Source: Coriobacteriia bacterium
Lineage (GTDB): Bacteria > Actinomycetota > Coriobacteriia > Anaerosomatales > SLCP01
Reading direction: 5' to 3'
DNA: 64,000 nt
Assembly: GCA_007121015.1 (NCBI GenBank)
Contig: SKMN01000012.1
Coordinates: 150-64,149 of the forward strand
Below are positions 44,028 to 53,893 of this stretch, in pieces. Every line of letters starts with the position of its first letter. Position 1 is the first letter of the stretch. The notes beneath the pieces were generated by a model. That model was given only the letters and a program-made list of their open reading frames with translations. It searched no databases and was not told the origin of the DNA. Made by a program: the position numbers and the translations under genes.

Positions 44028-45362
44028 TTAGGCGATCTCGAAGCGTTCGTAGTGGAGTAGCTTCCGATCGACGCCCATCTCTCCCAGTGCACGTTCTACG
44101 CCGTCGATCATCGCGGGTGGGCCACAGATGAGATACTCGTAGGCGTCGACATCGTCTATGGCTCTCTTGAGGAGATCGTCGGTGATGACGCCGACCTCGC
44201 CGTCCCATCCTTCCGGGGGGTTCTCGAGGACGTACGTGATCTCGAGATCCAGTCTCTGGGACAGTTCATCGAGTTCCCCGGAGAAGACGAGGTCTTGCTT
44301 CGCAGCGGCGCCGTACACGAGGACCATCGGTGTCGGGTCACCGCGTTCGGCGGCGTCACGGATCATGCTCATGATCGGCGTGATGCCGACGCCGCCGGCG
44401 ATGAACGCGTAGCGATCTGCCGTGTGGCGGTCGGTGGTGAACGCCCCGAAGGGGCCATCGACGTACGCCATTGTGCCGGGAGGATACTCGCCGATCTTCG
44501 ATGTGAAGTCGCCGAGCTCCTTGATGGTCATGTCGAACCCGCCGTGCTCGCGATCGGGGCTGGACGAGAACGAGAAGGGGTGCTCGGTGAGTGAGAACGG
44601 GGAGCGGCCGATGGTGACCCATGCATGCTGACCGGGCCTGAACCGGATACCCGGATGACCGTCCGGACGGAACGTGAGCGTCCACACGTCGGGTGATTCC
44701 TGCCGCACCTCGGTCACGCGGTATGGGTTGCGGAGCTGCCGGAGCGGTTTACCGACCCGGATGTAGCCGAGCGTCCCGACCCATATCGCCGCGTACGCTA
44801 CGAATGCATGCGTCTTCCAGTCGCTCGTGTAGACCCCGGTGTTCAACGTGTGGAGTGCCGCCAGAACCAGGATGGTCAAGGCACCGAGGCCGTGGCTGAA
44901 CCGCCACAGTTCGTAGCGCAGACGAACCTCACGGCGCCATACCGAGATCGCGACGATGCCGGCCACACCCAACACGGTCGCCACCGCGTACCGTGCCGAC
45001 CATGGTGCCGTGATCACGTTGAGCAGCTCGACACGATCCGGGGTCACCACGAACAGAAGTATCGGATGCGTGAGCACGAGTGCGAGCGCGACGAAGGCCA
45101 TCCGCCGGTGGAAATAGTACACGGCATCGATCCCGTAGGGTGCCTTGAGGCGGCCCACACGGGCGGATATGGCGAACTGCGTGCCGAGGATACCTACCGC
45201 TACGAACCCGAGCGCCACCGCGAACTCACGCAAGAACTCGCGGCCAGGTTCAAGCGGCGAGAGGAGCATGAGCGAGACCGGAGCGAGGACGAGCGCCAGG
45301 TACACGGCTATGCCGAGTGCGGCACGCCGCCGATAGGCCTGCCGTCCGATCCGATGTGCCAC
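44028..45362 (-). CDS. Ferric-reductase-domain (NOX-like) flavocytochrome: 6-TM heme domain fused to an FAD/NAD(P)H-binding domain
   Basis: Two TM helices each carry a His pair spaced by 13 residues (FHRRMAFVALALVLTH and SHGLGALTILVLAALH). FAD motif HPFS, NAD(P)H motif GGVGITP, and a C-terminal CGP motif. Confidence 0.8.
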   Translation of the reverse strand: MAHRIGRQAYRRRAALGIAVYLALVLAPVSLMLLSPLEPGREFLREFAVALGFVAVGILGTQFAISARVGRLKAPYGIDAVYYFHRRMAFVALALVLTHPILLFVVTPDRVELLNVITAPWSARYAVATVLGVAGIVAISVWRREVRLRYELWRFSHGLGALTILVLAALHTLNTGVYTSDWKTHAFVAYAAIWVGTLGYIRVGKPLRQLRNPYRVTEVRQESPDVWTLTFRPDGHPGIRFRPGQHAWVTIGRSPFSLTEHPFSFSSSPDREHGGFDMTIKELGDFTSKIGEYPPGTMAYVDGPFGAFTTDRHTADRYAFIAGGVGITPIMSMIRDAAERGDPTPMVLVYGAAAKQDLVFSGELDELSQRLDLEITYVLENPPEGWDGEVGVITDDLLKRAIDDVDAYEYLICGPPAMIDGVERALGEMGVDRKLLHYERFEIA

Positions 45363-45373
45363 CGTTGGCTTCC

Positions 45374-45790
45374 TTATGCCTCGGCATCACTCTTGCGCGC
45401 AAGGACTGAAAGCTGCTCCTCGGCGATGTCCTTCATCACCTTGGCGCGGGCGATGGGGTCGAGACGTCCGAGTTCCGCCCGCACGGTCTCCTCGGCGACC
45501 TCGATCCGCTCTTCTCGGATCTGAAGCGCTCCAGCGATGAGGAGGGACGCTCCACCGGTGAGCAACACCGCAGGAAGGAACCACGCCCACATGCCCCGCC
45601 GGCCGCTGAGCGACGTCCACACAGCGGCGACTGCTCCCAGTCCGAACATAGCCGCACCCGCTGCAGTCTCGATGACCTCGGGCTCCGGCAGTTCCTCGCG
45701 CCACTCGTCTATGCGCTCCCGTATCTCCGGGATACGGTCTTTGTACTCGTCGATGCGCTCTCGATACACGTTCATGTCCATACCGATCAC
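45374..45790 (-). CDS. Hypothetical membrane protein (charged helical ends flanking a 2-TM core)
   Basis: 138 aa. It has an N-terminal (R/E/D)-rich helix, two TM segments, and a C-terminal charged helix. Its stop lies 11 nt upstream of the NOX-like gene. Confidence 0.5.
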   Translation of the reverse strand: MIGMDMNVYRERIDEYKDRIPEIRERIDEWREELPEPEVIETAAGAAMFGLGAVAAVWTSLSGRRGMWAWFLPAVLLTGGASLLIAGALQIREERIEVAEETVRAELGRLDPIARAKVMKDIAEEQLSVLARKSDAEA

Positions 45791-45864
45791 CTCTCGGGCC
45801 GATTCACCGTCATAGAGGGAGTGTTCCCGTTCCGGGGCGTGCTACATCATGTGGGATCGCTGAA

Positions 45865-46230
45865 TCAGGCAGCGTGCTCGACCTCGGCGAGCGAGACGGC
45901 AGGTGTCGCGCCGGTGCGCACGGCCCGGGGGAGCGAAAGCAGGCGCATCCCGGCAGGGCGGGCACCGTACGTGAGGATGAGGCTCACCATGGCGACGCTG
46001 AACAGCAGGCTCACGCTGTTGGTGAACAGTACGGCGATGGTCCCGGTGGTGAGAAGCAGGTGGACGGCGTAGACCTCCATCGCGAGGAGGCCTGCAAAGA
46101 CGCTGAGCCACATCGACAAGCTGAGGTCGTGGGCCGAGCGCGTGGTGATGATGCGCCGGATCTGAGGGACGTACCCCGCACACAGGATGACGCCGCCGCC
46201 GATCTGAAGAAGTTCCATGATGCTTCCCAT
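45865..46230 (-). CDS. PQ-loop (SemiSWEET-like) membrane protein
   Basis: LCAGYVPQIRRI is a PQ motif. There are three TM helices. The start was set at ATG 46230 (MGSIMELL); the ORF-track start at 46380 is upstream. Confidence 0.6.
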   Translation of the reverse strand: MGSIMELLQIGGGVILCAGYVPQIRRIITTRSAHDLSLSMWLSVFAGLLAMEVYAVHLLLTTGTIAVLFTNSVSLLFSVAMVSLILTYGARPAGMRLLSLPRAVRTGATPAVSLAEVEHAA

Positions 46231-46402
46231 CGCAGTGCCTTTCACACGCCTGCCCGCCTCATGTCGGTTGCAGGAGCCGTCGTTGCACGCCGAGCATAGG
46301 ATGCGGAGGTCAGCCACCGCCAGATGGCGTTGCCATTCTGTCACCGAGCCGGGGCCGGGGCGAGAACGAGGGCGGCTCAACGGTAGGCGAAACGACGGCT
46401 CT

Positions 46403-49048
46403 TCATCGGCCCGAACCGGCGACTATAGCGGTCATCACGAGAAGGAACACGACCACGATCGCTGCGATACCAAGACTCGTGTCGCGCGCGTATCGCTGGA
46501 TCTGTCGCCGGGTCTTGAGTACTGTGTCGGGGTCGATCTGCTGAGGAACGGACCAGCGCGAATGTTCTTCGGTGGCCGCCTCGATGACAAGCCGTACGAG
46601 CTCGATACCCCAGCGTAGGAACGCTTCCACCCGGCCGAACCAGCGGACTCGCAACCGGCCCAGTGCGCCGGTGGCGCGAGTTACACCTTCGCCGAGAGAG
46701 TCGTGGACGCCAGGGTGGGTAGGGGGTAGATGGTGCCTGGCGGTGCGGAGCCGTTGGTCGAACCGCTCTTCTTCGGACAGGCGGTCGACCGCGGCGGACA
46801 TCTGATCGACGACGTCGAGTCCGCACATGCGTTGTTCGGCCAGTTCGAGAGCGGTGTGGGCGACCTCACTGCGGAACACCCGGATGTCGTGCAGCGCGTG
46901 CTCGAATCCACGCCGGACAGCCTCTACCTCGCCGGATCGCACCATCTCTGCGAGAGCCCGTGTGCGCTGCCCGTGCTGACGCCTGGTCATGTGTGCCGCT
47001 ATGTCCCGGACGGCTTCCAGTGTCTCGTGAGCACGTTGAGCACTGAAGTCATCGCGTTTCTGGAGCCAGGTGTGGGCCTTCGTCACCGCGTAGCGCACGG
47101 TCACCTCGCGCTCCCTGTCAAGCGCGGCATGGGCGGTTCTAACGAAGTGCCGCCCCTTGATTCCAGGCGTGCCGGCGGCGACGACAACAGCGAGGTGGTC
47201 GATGTCCCTCTCGAGGAGGTGCCACAGCGAACGAATCCCGAGTAGCGCGTTGCGGACGGAACGAGAAACCGCATCCAGGTAGGCGCGGTGCGCACGGCCC
47301 GCCCACGACGACCAGTCGATGAAGCCGTTCGCGAAGGCGCGATACCAATAGTGTACGCCGAACCAGGAGGGGGCGCGCAGGTGGAACAGGCCGAACCGCA
47401 TACCTATGGCGTAGGCTACAGCGCCGATCGCGAACGCGATCACCGTCGACATGAGGTCGGCGGGACTTAGGAAGTACACATCGAGGTAGTAGTCGAGCCC
47501 GTCTGCGGGGAGCGCCCACGCAATCAGGCCGGGTCCCAGCAGTCCCTTCAGGAGAAGTCCGGGCCTCACGCCGAGGACGACGATCGCGGCCGCAAGTATG
47601 CCGAGCGCGACGAGCATCCTCGGCGGCGGGTCTGCGACTTCGGGTCCGTACTCGCGCTCCGGTTTCCCGAAGAACACGAGACCTATCAGCTTGATGAACG
47701 AGCACGCGGTGCCACCGCAGGTGACGAGGTATATCTTCTCGGCGATGTCGAGCGATGCGAGGTGCTGGACCTCGTAGGCCTGCTCGAGCGCGTGGTGGAC
47801 GAGGCACTTGCTCACGAACCCGTTGAAGAGCGGCACGCCCGTGATGCCCGCGGCGGCGACCAGCATGAACGCAAAGGTCCACGGCATCTTGCGCCACAGT
47901 CCGCCGAGTTCATACATATCGCTCCGTCCGGTGCGGTAGACGACCGCCCCGATACCGAGGAACAGCGCGCTCTTGAAGAGTGCGTGGTTTGCGGCGTGGA
48001 AGAGTCCACCGGCGGTCCCCATGGCGCCCTCGAGCCCTATATAGCCGGCGGCGCCTATGCCGACAAGGATGAACCCCATCTGGCTCACGCTGTGGTAGGC
48101 GAGCATCCGCTTGGCGTCGTGCTGGCCAAGGGCGAGTACGACGCCGATCGCCATCGTGGCTATGCCGAGCCAGAGCACCGTAAGTCCGAACGAGGCGGTC
48201 ATGTGCCAGAGCTGTTCCGACACGTCGGCGACGACCTCGGGACGGAAGAGCGCGCTGACCGTGCGGAAGATGCCGTATGCGCCCGCCTTGATCATCACGC
48301 CCGACAGAAGCGCACTCGCGGGCGCCGGTGCGACCGGATGCGCATCGGGGAGCCACACGTGTACCGGCACCATGCCGGCTTTGACGCCGAACCCGCCCAC
48401 GAGTAGGCCGAACGTGATCCACCGGAGTGTTTCGGGGCTGTCCGAGAGGGGCAGTGGGCCGAGCGAGGCGTCGCCTCCTAGCGCCTGCGTCAGGAAGATG
48501 CCGCCGATGAGAGCGAAACCACCGAGCACCGTCATCCACAGGTACGTGACGGACGCCCGTGATGCTTCTGCTGTACGCGCGTGGATCACGAACAGGAATG
48601 CGACGAGTCCGAGAGCCTCGAAGAACAGGTAGAGCGTGACGAGGTCGCCGGCAAGCACGACACCGAGCATCGATGCGAGTACGACGAGGCTCGTGCTGTG
48701 GTACAGGTCGCGGTGTTCGTGGTGCTTCAGGTAGTCGAACGAGTACAGGGTGGCGCAGAACCACACGAACGTCGCGAAGAGCGCGAACACCATACCGAAC
48801 GGGTCGGCTACGAACGTCAGCCTTCCGATCATCGCCGGGATCTCAGCACCCACCCGGTGGTTCGCTGCGACGAGCGGGAGGAGGGCGGCCGCTCCGAGCA
48901 GTGTTGTCCCGCTTACGCCGAGTACATATGCGTTCCGGAGACGAGGACTCCATCTGCCGAGCGGCCGAACGGCTGCGGCCGCCAACAGTGGTCCGAGTAC
49001 GAGGAGCACCGGTAAGGGGTGCGAGGCTATGTCGGCGATCCCAGTCAT
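46403..49048 (-). CDS. MrpA/NuoL-like antiporter subunit with a long C-terminal helical extension and a terminal TM helix (881 aa)
   Basis: The N-terminal ~550 aa form a proton-conducting-membrane-transporter fold (LYLFFEALGL with the TM5 Glu, GFGVKAGMVPVHVWLPDAH with the TM7 Lys). About 300 aa of charged helical sequence follows, then IAAIVVVFLLVMTAIVA. Confidence 0.85.
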   Translation of the reverse strand: MTGIADIASHPLPVLLVLGPLLAAAAVRPLGRWSPRLRNAYVLGVSGTTLLGAAALLPLVAANHRVGAEIPAMIGRLTFVADPFGMVFALFATFVWFCATLYSFDYLKHHEHRDLYHSTSLVVLASMLGVVLAGDLVTLYLFFEALGLVAFLFVIHARTAEASRASVTYLWMTVLGGFALIGGIFLTQALGGDASLGPLPLSDSPETLRWITFGLLVGGFGVKAGMVPVHVWLPDAHPVAPAPASALLSGVMIKAGAYGIFRTVSALFRPEVVADVSEQLWHMTASFGLTVLWLGIATMAIGVVLALGQHDAKRMLAYHSVSQMGFILVGIGAAGYIGLEGAMGTAGGLFHAANHALFKSALFLGIGAVVYRTGRSDMYELGGLWRKMPWTFAFMLVAAAGITGVPLFNGFVSKCLVHHALEQAYEVQHLASLDIAEKIYLVTCGGTACSFIKLIGLVFFGKPEREYGPEVADPPPRMLVALGILAAAIVVLGVRPGLLLKGLLGPGLIAWALPADGLDYYLDVYFLSPADLMSTVIAFAIGAVAYAIGMRFGLFHLRAPSWFGVHYWYRAFANGFIDWSSWAGRAHRAYLDAVSRSVRNALLGIRSLWHLLERDIDHLAVVVAAGTPGIKGRHFVRTAHAALDREREVTVRYAVTKAHTWLQKRDDFSAQRAHETLEAVRDIAAHMTRRQHGQRTRALAEMVRSGEVEAVRRGFEHALHDIRVFRSEVAHTALELAEQRMCGLDVVDQMSAAVDRLSEEERFDQRLRTARHHLPPTHPGVHDSLGEGVTRATGALGRLRVRWFGRVEAFLRWGIELVRLVIEAATEEHSRWSVPQQIDPDTVLKTRRQIQRYARDTSLGIAAIVVVFLLVMTAIVAGSGR

Positions 49049-49055
49049 GGTGGAC

Positions 49056-50552
49056 CTAGCGGAAGAAGGCGTCGACGGCGAGTTGCGCGAGTGAAAGCGG
49101 GGAGCCGGGCACGGTGGCAGCCAGGCCGAGCGCGAGGGTCATGAGCGATGCGACGATCGTGGGAACGAGCATGCCGGCGGGAGCCTCGGACTCAGTGTCG
49201 TCGCGCTCGGCCGACGAAGACGGCGGCTCTCGGAAGTAGGCGCTGTAGATGATCGGCAACAGGTAGACCGCCGCTATCAACGAGCCACCCAGCAGAACCG
49301 CCAAGTAGAACGGCTGGCCCGCATCGAGTATCCCGAGGCCGAGGTACCATTTACTGATGAAGCCGGCGAGTGGGGGCGTGCCGATCATGCCGAGCGATGC
49401 GAGGGAGAACGCCGCCATCGTCCACGGCATGCGCCGGGCCACACCCGCCATCTCGCTCACGCTCCGGATGCCCGCACGCTTGCTCAGGAGTCCAGCACAC
49501 AGGAAGAGGGCACCCTTCATGAAGGCGTGATTCGTGATGTGTACGAGTGCTCCGACCGCCGCGCCCGCGCCCAGCAGGGCGATGCCGAGTGTCACGTATC
49601 CCATCTGGCTGATCGTCGAGTACGCGAGACGGCGCTTGATACCGTCCTCGCTCACGGCGAGCACTGCCGCGAAGAACACCGTGAATGCGGCGAAAGCCGC
49701 GACATACGGCATCACGCCTAGATGTGTGAGAATCTCGATTCCAAACACCTGGAACACCACGCGTGCTATCCCGAAGGTGCCCGCCGCGACCATCACGCCC
49801 GACAGCACCGCCGAGAAGGGCGCCGGCGCAGCCGGGTGCGCGTCGGGCACCCACCCGTGCAGGGGTACGATGGCGGCTTTGACCCCGAAGCCCGCGATGA
49901 AGCACCAGAAGATCGCGCGCAGCACGCCCACGTCCGTCTCGCTGCCAAGAAGTCCGCCGGCAGTGAGTGTCTGATCTCCAGCGACGAAATAGGTGAACAC
50001 CACACCCACGAGGACAAGGCTGCCGCCGATCAGGATGTAGACGATGTACTTGGTGCCTGCCGCCAGCGCGGCCGGGGTCTCATCGTGGACGATGAGGGGG
50101 TAGGTCAGTATCGAGAAGAGTTCGTAGAAGATCAGAAAGGTGAGCAGGTTTCCCGCGTAGGCGACGCCCATCATACAGCCGAGGCACAACATGAGGAACG
50201 CGTAGAAACGGTTCAGACGATGACTGTCCGCCATATGTGATAGCGAGTAGACGAGCACGAGCACCCAGAGGCCGGCCACCGTCGCACCGAACAGGACGCC
50301 GAGCGCATCGACGCGCAGATGCAGCCAGATCTGCGGGGTCACGCGTAGCAGGTACGCCTCTCGGATCTCACCGGTCATCGTTGCCGGTACGAACGAGAAC
50401 GCGAGTGCCGCAGTGACGGCGCAGGCCACCACTAACACCACATTTCGGGCACTCCTGGACGTGCGCCCAAGGATCGGCGCAAGCATGGCGCCGGCGATCG
50501 GCAGGAGCACCGCGAACACCGGGGCGGTCGAAGACATCAGTGAGTCGTCCAC
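49056..50552 (-). CDS. MrpD/NuoM/N-like antiporter subunit (third tandem copy in operon order)
   Basis: FLIFYELFSILTYPLI (Glu) and GFGVKAAIVPLHGWVPDAH (Lys). The start is GTG 50552 or ATG 50537. Confidence 0.88.
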   Translation of the reverse strand: MDDSLMSSTAPVFAVLLPIAGAMLAPILGRTSRSARNVVLVVACAVTAALAFSFVPATMTGEIREAYLLRVTPQIWLHLRVDALGVLFGATVAGLWVLVLVYSLSHMADSHRLNRFYAFLMLCLGCMMGVAYAGNLLTFLIFYELFSILTYPLIVHDETPAALAAGTKYIVYILIGGSLVLVGVVFTYFVAGDQTLTAGGLLGSETDVGVLRAIFWCFIAGFGVKAAIVPLHGWVPDAHPAAPAPFSAVLSGVMVAAGTFGIARVVFQVFGIEILTHLGVMPYVAAFAAFTVFFAAVLAVSEDGIKRRLAYSTISQMGYVTLGIALLGAGAAVGALVHITNHAFMKGALFLCAGLLSKRAGIRSVSEMAGVARRMPWTMAAFSLASLGMIGTPPLAGFISKWYLGLGILDAGQPFYLAVLLGGSLIAAVYLLPIIYSAYFREPPSSSAERDDTESEAPAGMLVPTIVASLMTLALGLAATVPGSPLSLAQLAVDAFFR

Positions 50553-50562
50553 GGCCCTCACC

Positions 50563-52038
50563 TCACATCCTAAAGACGAAGCGCACGGCAGCCTCGGCGA
50601 GCGAGAACGGCATCCCGGCCACCTCTGACGTCGTTCCAAGTGCGATCACCCATATCGCGCACACGAGTGTCGGAACGAGGAGCGTCGGGCGCGCCTCCTT
50701 CATGGGCGCTGCGGCGCCCCGCGCCGGCTTGAAGAAGGCAAGGTACACGATGGGCAGGAAGTAGGCGGCGTTCAGCAACGAGCTCGTGATCATCACGAGC
50801 AGGAACCACCACTGCCCCGATTCGAGTGCACCGAGTGAGATGTACCACTTGGTGATGAATCCGGCGAACAGCGGCATGCCGATGAAGCTCAGCGACGCGA
50901 CGGTGAACGCACCCATCGTCCACGGCATCTGATGGCCGATACCGGCCAGTTCGTGGACGTTCGTCTTTCCGGTGGTCCGCTGGATGGCTCCCGCAACGAA
51001 GAACATGGTGATCTTCGCGAGTGCTTGGTTTGCGAAGTGCACGATCGCCGCGGTCGCCGCGAATGGCGTGAGCATGCTTGCCGCCAAGACGATGTAGGAG
51101 ATCTGGCTGATCGTCGAGTACGCGAGGCGGCGCTTGAGGTCGTCTTGGAAGATGGCGATGACGGACGCTGTGATGATGGTGAATGCAGCAAGCGCAGCAA
51201 GGGGGAGTGTGAATCCCAGACCGTCCAACAGGTCGACACCGAACACGTTGTAGACCGTGCGCACGATGCCAAATGCCCCGGCCTTCACCACGGCCACTGC
51301 GTGCAGCAGTGCGCTGACCGGCGTAGGGGCCACCATCGCTCGGGGGAGCCAGCCATGCAGCGGCATCAGCGCTGCCTTGGTCGCGAACCCGATCACGAGC
51401 AAACCGAAGATGAACCCGAGCCTACCAGTGCCTATGCCGGCGTCCAGGATGCCCGGATGACCCAAGCTGATCGTGCCGGTAGCGTCGTGCACCATCACCG
51501 TTCCTACGAGCACGAAGGCCCCTCCGATAAGCGTGTACGTCAGGTACGCCCGCCCCGCACTCAGTGCCTCAGGCGTCTCGTAGTGGATCACGAGGGGATA
51601 GGTGCAGATGGTAAGCATCTCGTAGAAAAGGAAGAAGGTCAGGAGGTTCTCGGCGAACGCGATGCCCACCGTCGTGGAGACACACAGCGCAAAGAATCCG
51701 AAGAAGCGGACGCGTTTCTCATCCTCTCTCATGTAGCCGATAGCGTAGACGGTCGTCGCCACCCACAGGCTCGAAGAGACGAGAGCAAAGAACATCCCCA
51801 GGGCGTCGGCACGGAATCCAAGACCGATGCCACCTGTGAAGTCGACAAGATCGAACGTGTAGACGACGCCCTGAAGCGATCCGGGCAGCATGGACAGCAC
51901 GATGAGCATCTTGATGGTTGCGGCAGACAGCATCCAGAAACGGCGCCAATGCGTCTTGCGGCCGAACAAAAAGACCATGCCGGCGCAGGCGAAGGACATC
52001 GCGGGTGCGAGCAGCGGCCGGATGTCCACTACTTCCAT
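50563..52038 (-). CDS. MrpD/NuoM/N-like antiporter subunit (second copy)
   Basis: FFLFYEMLTICTYPLV and GFATKAALMPLHGWLPRAM; 491 aa. Confidence 0.88.
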   Translation of the reverse strand: MEVVDIRPLLAPAMSFACAGMVFLFGRKTHWRRFWMLSAATIKMLIVLSMLPGSLQGVVYTFDLVDFTGGIGLGFRADALGMFFALVSSSLWVATTVYAIGYMREDEKRVRFFGFFALCVSTTVGIAFAENLLTFFLFYEMLTICTYPLVIHYETPEALSAGRAYLTYTLIGGAFVLVGTVMVHDATGTISLGHPGILDAGIGTGRLGFIFGLLVIGFATKAALMPLHGWLPRAMVAPTPVSALLHAVAVVKAGAFGIVRTVYNVFGVDLLDGLGFTLPLAALAAFTIITASVIAIFQDDLKRRLAYSTISQISYIVLAASMLTPFAATAAIVHFANQALAKITMFFVAGAIQRTTGKTNVHELAGIGHQMPWTMGAFTVASLSFIGMPLFAGFITKWYISLGALESGQWWFLLVMITSSLLNAAYFLPIVYLAFFKPARGAAAPMKEARPTLLVPTLVCAIWVIALGTTSEVAGMPFSLAEAAVRFVFRM

Positions 52039-52039
52039 C

Positions 52040-53539
52040 TCAGCCTCCCAGCGGGGCGAGGAGTCGAGCGACCCCGGGCTCGATGAATGTGAGGGGTACG
52101 CGGCCGAGGATGCCCATGATCAGGCAGAGGCTCGCGAGCACCAATGTGGGCAGGAGCATCGACACGGGGGCATCTTTCGCCTCGGCCACCTCGGCATGAA
52201 CCGGCTCTCGGAAGTAAAACGCGTTCACCATCCTGATGTAGTAGATGAAGATGAGGAGCGCCCCGAAGATGAGCACGAACCCGAAGAAGGGCCGATCGGC
52301 CTGGAAGGCGCCGAGGGCGATGTACCACTTGCACAAGAAGCCGGCGGTTGGCGGGATGCCGACGATGGAGATGGCCCCGACAGAGAGCGCCACCGCGGTC
52401 AGAGGCATGGCCCGTCCCACACCTCGCAGGTCGGTCAGGGTGCGGTATCCGGTCCGATAGATGATCGCGCCGACGGCGAAGAAGAGCGTCGCCTTGATCA
52501 GGGCGTGGTTGAAGATGTGCACGCTTGCGCCGATGACGCCATAGGTGGTTGCAAGTCCGAGACCCATGACGATGTAGCCGATGTTGGATATGGTCGAGTA
52601 GGCGAGCATGAGCTTCACGTCGTCTTGGAAGACTGCGAAGAACGCGCCCATCACGATCGATATCGCACCGAGCCATATCAAGACGAGGTTGAGCACGGTG
52701 AGGTCGAACATGCCTGAGCCGTAGTAGATCCGGTACACACGGATCATCCCGATGACCCCGACCTTCACCACGAGTCCTGATAGCACCGCACTCACCGGGC
52801 TCGGTGCGGCAGCGTGGGCATCCGGCAGCCAGACATGAAGCGGGAAGACCGCCGCCTTCGTGGCGAAGCCGACGACCAGCATGCCGAGTGCGACTGCCGC
52901 AGGTGCAGTGGGTCCCTCGAATCCATGAAGCCGCGCGGTCACGTCGGCGATGTTGAGAGTGCCGGTGATGCCGTAGAGAAACCCTATCGCGAACAGCACG
53001 AGTAACGACGAGATAGCACCCATGAGCAGGTACTTGAAGGCGGCCATCTCGGCGATGCGTTCCCCTCCCACGGCTACGAGCGCGTACCCGGAAAGCGAGA
53101 GGACCTCCATGAAGACGAAGAGGTTGAAGAGGTCGCCCGTGACGGTGAAGCCGATCATCCCGCCACAATTGAGCAGGAGTAGCGTGTAGTAGTAGGGCGT
53201 GCGGCCTCGCGCGAACTCGGGCAACGAGTCGGTGTATCGGCTGGAGAAGAGGACCGCCAGCCAGCCTACGAGACAGATGACGCCGACGACCGCACTGAAC
53301 TCGTCGAAATGCAACTCGATGCCGTACGGGGCGGTCCATCCTCCAGGGACATACGAGAACGGCCCTTCATGGAAGATGCGCAGCACAAGCATGGTCGCGG
53401 CGAACGACGTGACCGTCATTGTGCTGAGTGCCCACCACGTCGGTGTCCGACGGTCGATCAGGGCTACGACGGGAGTGAGCGCCGCTCCGACGAGCGGCGT
53501 CAGCACGATGAGCGCGAGCCAGTGAGGCCAGAGGTGCAC
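52040..53539 (-). CDS. mrpD: MrpD/NuoM/N-like antiporter subunit (first copy)
   Basis: LFVFMEVLSLSGYALV and GFATKAAVFPLHVWLPDAH; 499 aa. Confidence 0.88.
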   Translation of the reverse strand: MHLWPHWLALIVLTPLVGAALTPVVALIDRRTPTWWALSTMTVTSFAATMLVLRIFHEGPFSYVPGGWTAPYGIELHFDEFSAVVGVICLVGWLAVLFSSRYTDSLPEFARGRTPYYYTLLLLNCGGMIGFTVTGDLFNLFVFMEVLSLSGYALVAVGGERIAEMAAFKYLLMGAISSLLVLFAIGFLYGITGTLNIADVTARLHGFEGPTAPAAVALGMLVVGFATKAAVFPLHVWLPDAHAAAPSPVSAVLSGLVVKVGVIGMIRVYRIYYGSGMFDLTVLNLVLIWLGAISIVMGAFFAVFQDDVKLMLAYSTISNIGYIVMGLGLATTYGVIGASVHIFNHALIKATLFFAVGAIIYRTGYRTLTDLRGVGRAMPLTAVALSVGAISIVGIPPTAGFLCKWYIALGAFQADRPFFGFVLIFGALLIFIYYIRMVNAFYFREPVHAEVAEAKDAPVSMLLPTLVLASLCLIMGILGRVPLTFIEPGVARLLAPLGG

Positions 53540-53893
53540 TTACTCCAGCTCCCTCAGTTCGTCCGCCTCGATGGTCCCGAAACGGCGATAGACGCGGATG
53601 ATGAGAGTGAGCGCAAGCGCCGTCGTCGAGACGGCGACCACGATGCCTGTCAGCACGAGCGTCTGCGGCAACGGGCTTGCGAACGGACCGTGAGCATCGC
53701 CGGTCATGATGGGCGGTTGGCCGTCCTCGATGACTCCGAGCGCGATGATAAAGGCGAACACCGCAGTCTCCATGATGTTCAAGCCGAGGAACTTCTTGAT
53801 GAGGTTGTTCTTAGCGATGACCACGTACAACCCGATACAGAAGAGCACTACCGAGGCCACGTAGTCGATGTTGTGCCAGAGGGCAGTGAGCAT
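53540..53893 (-). CDS. mrpC: MrpC/MnhC (NuoK-like) subunit
   Basis: VVLFCIGLYVVIAKNNLIKKFLGLNIMETAVF...LVLTGIVVAVSTTALALTL. ATGA overlap with the mrpB stop. Confidence 0.88.
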   Translation of the reverse strand: MLTALWHNIDYVASVVLFCIGLYVVIAKNNLIKKFLGLNIMETAVFAFIIALGVIEDGQPPIMTGDAHGPFASPLPQTLVLTGIVVAVSTTALALTLIIRVYRRFGTIEADELRELE

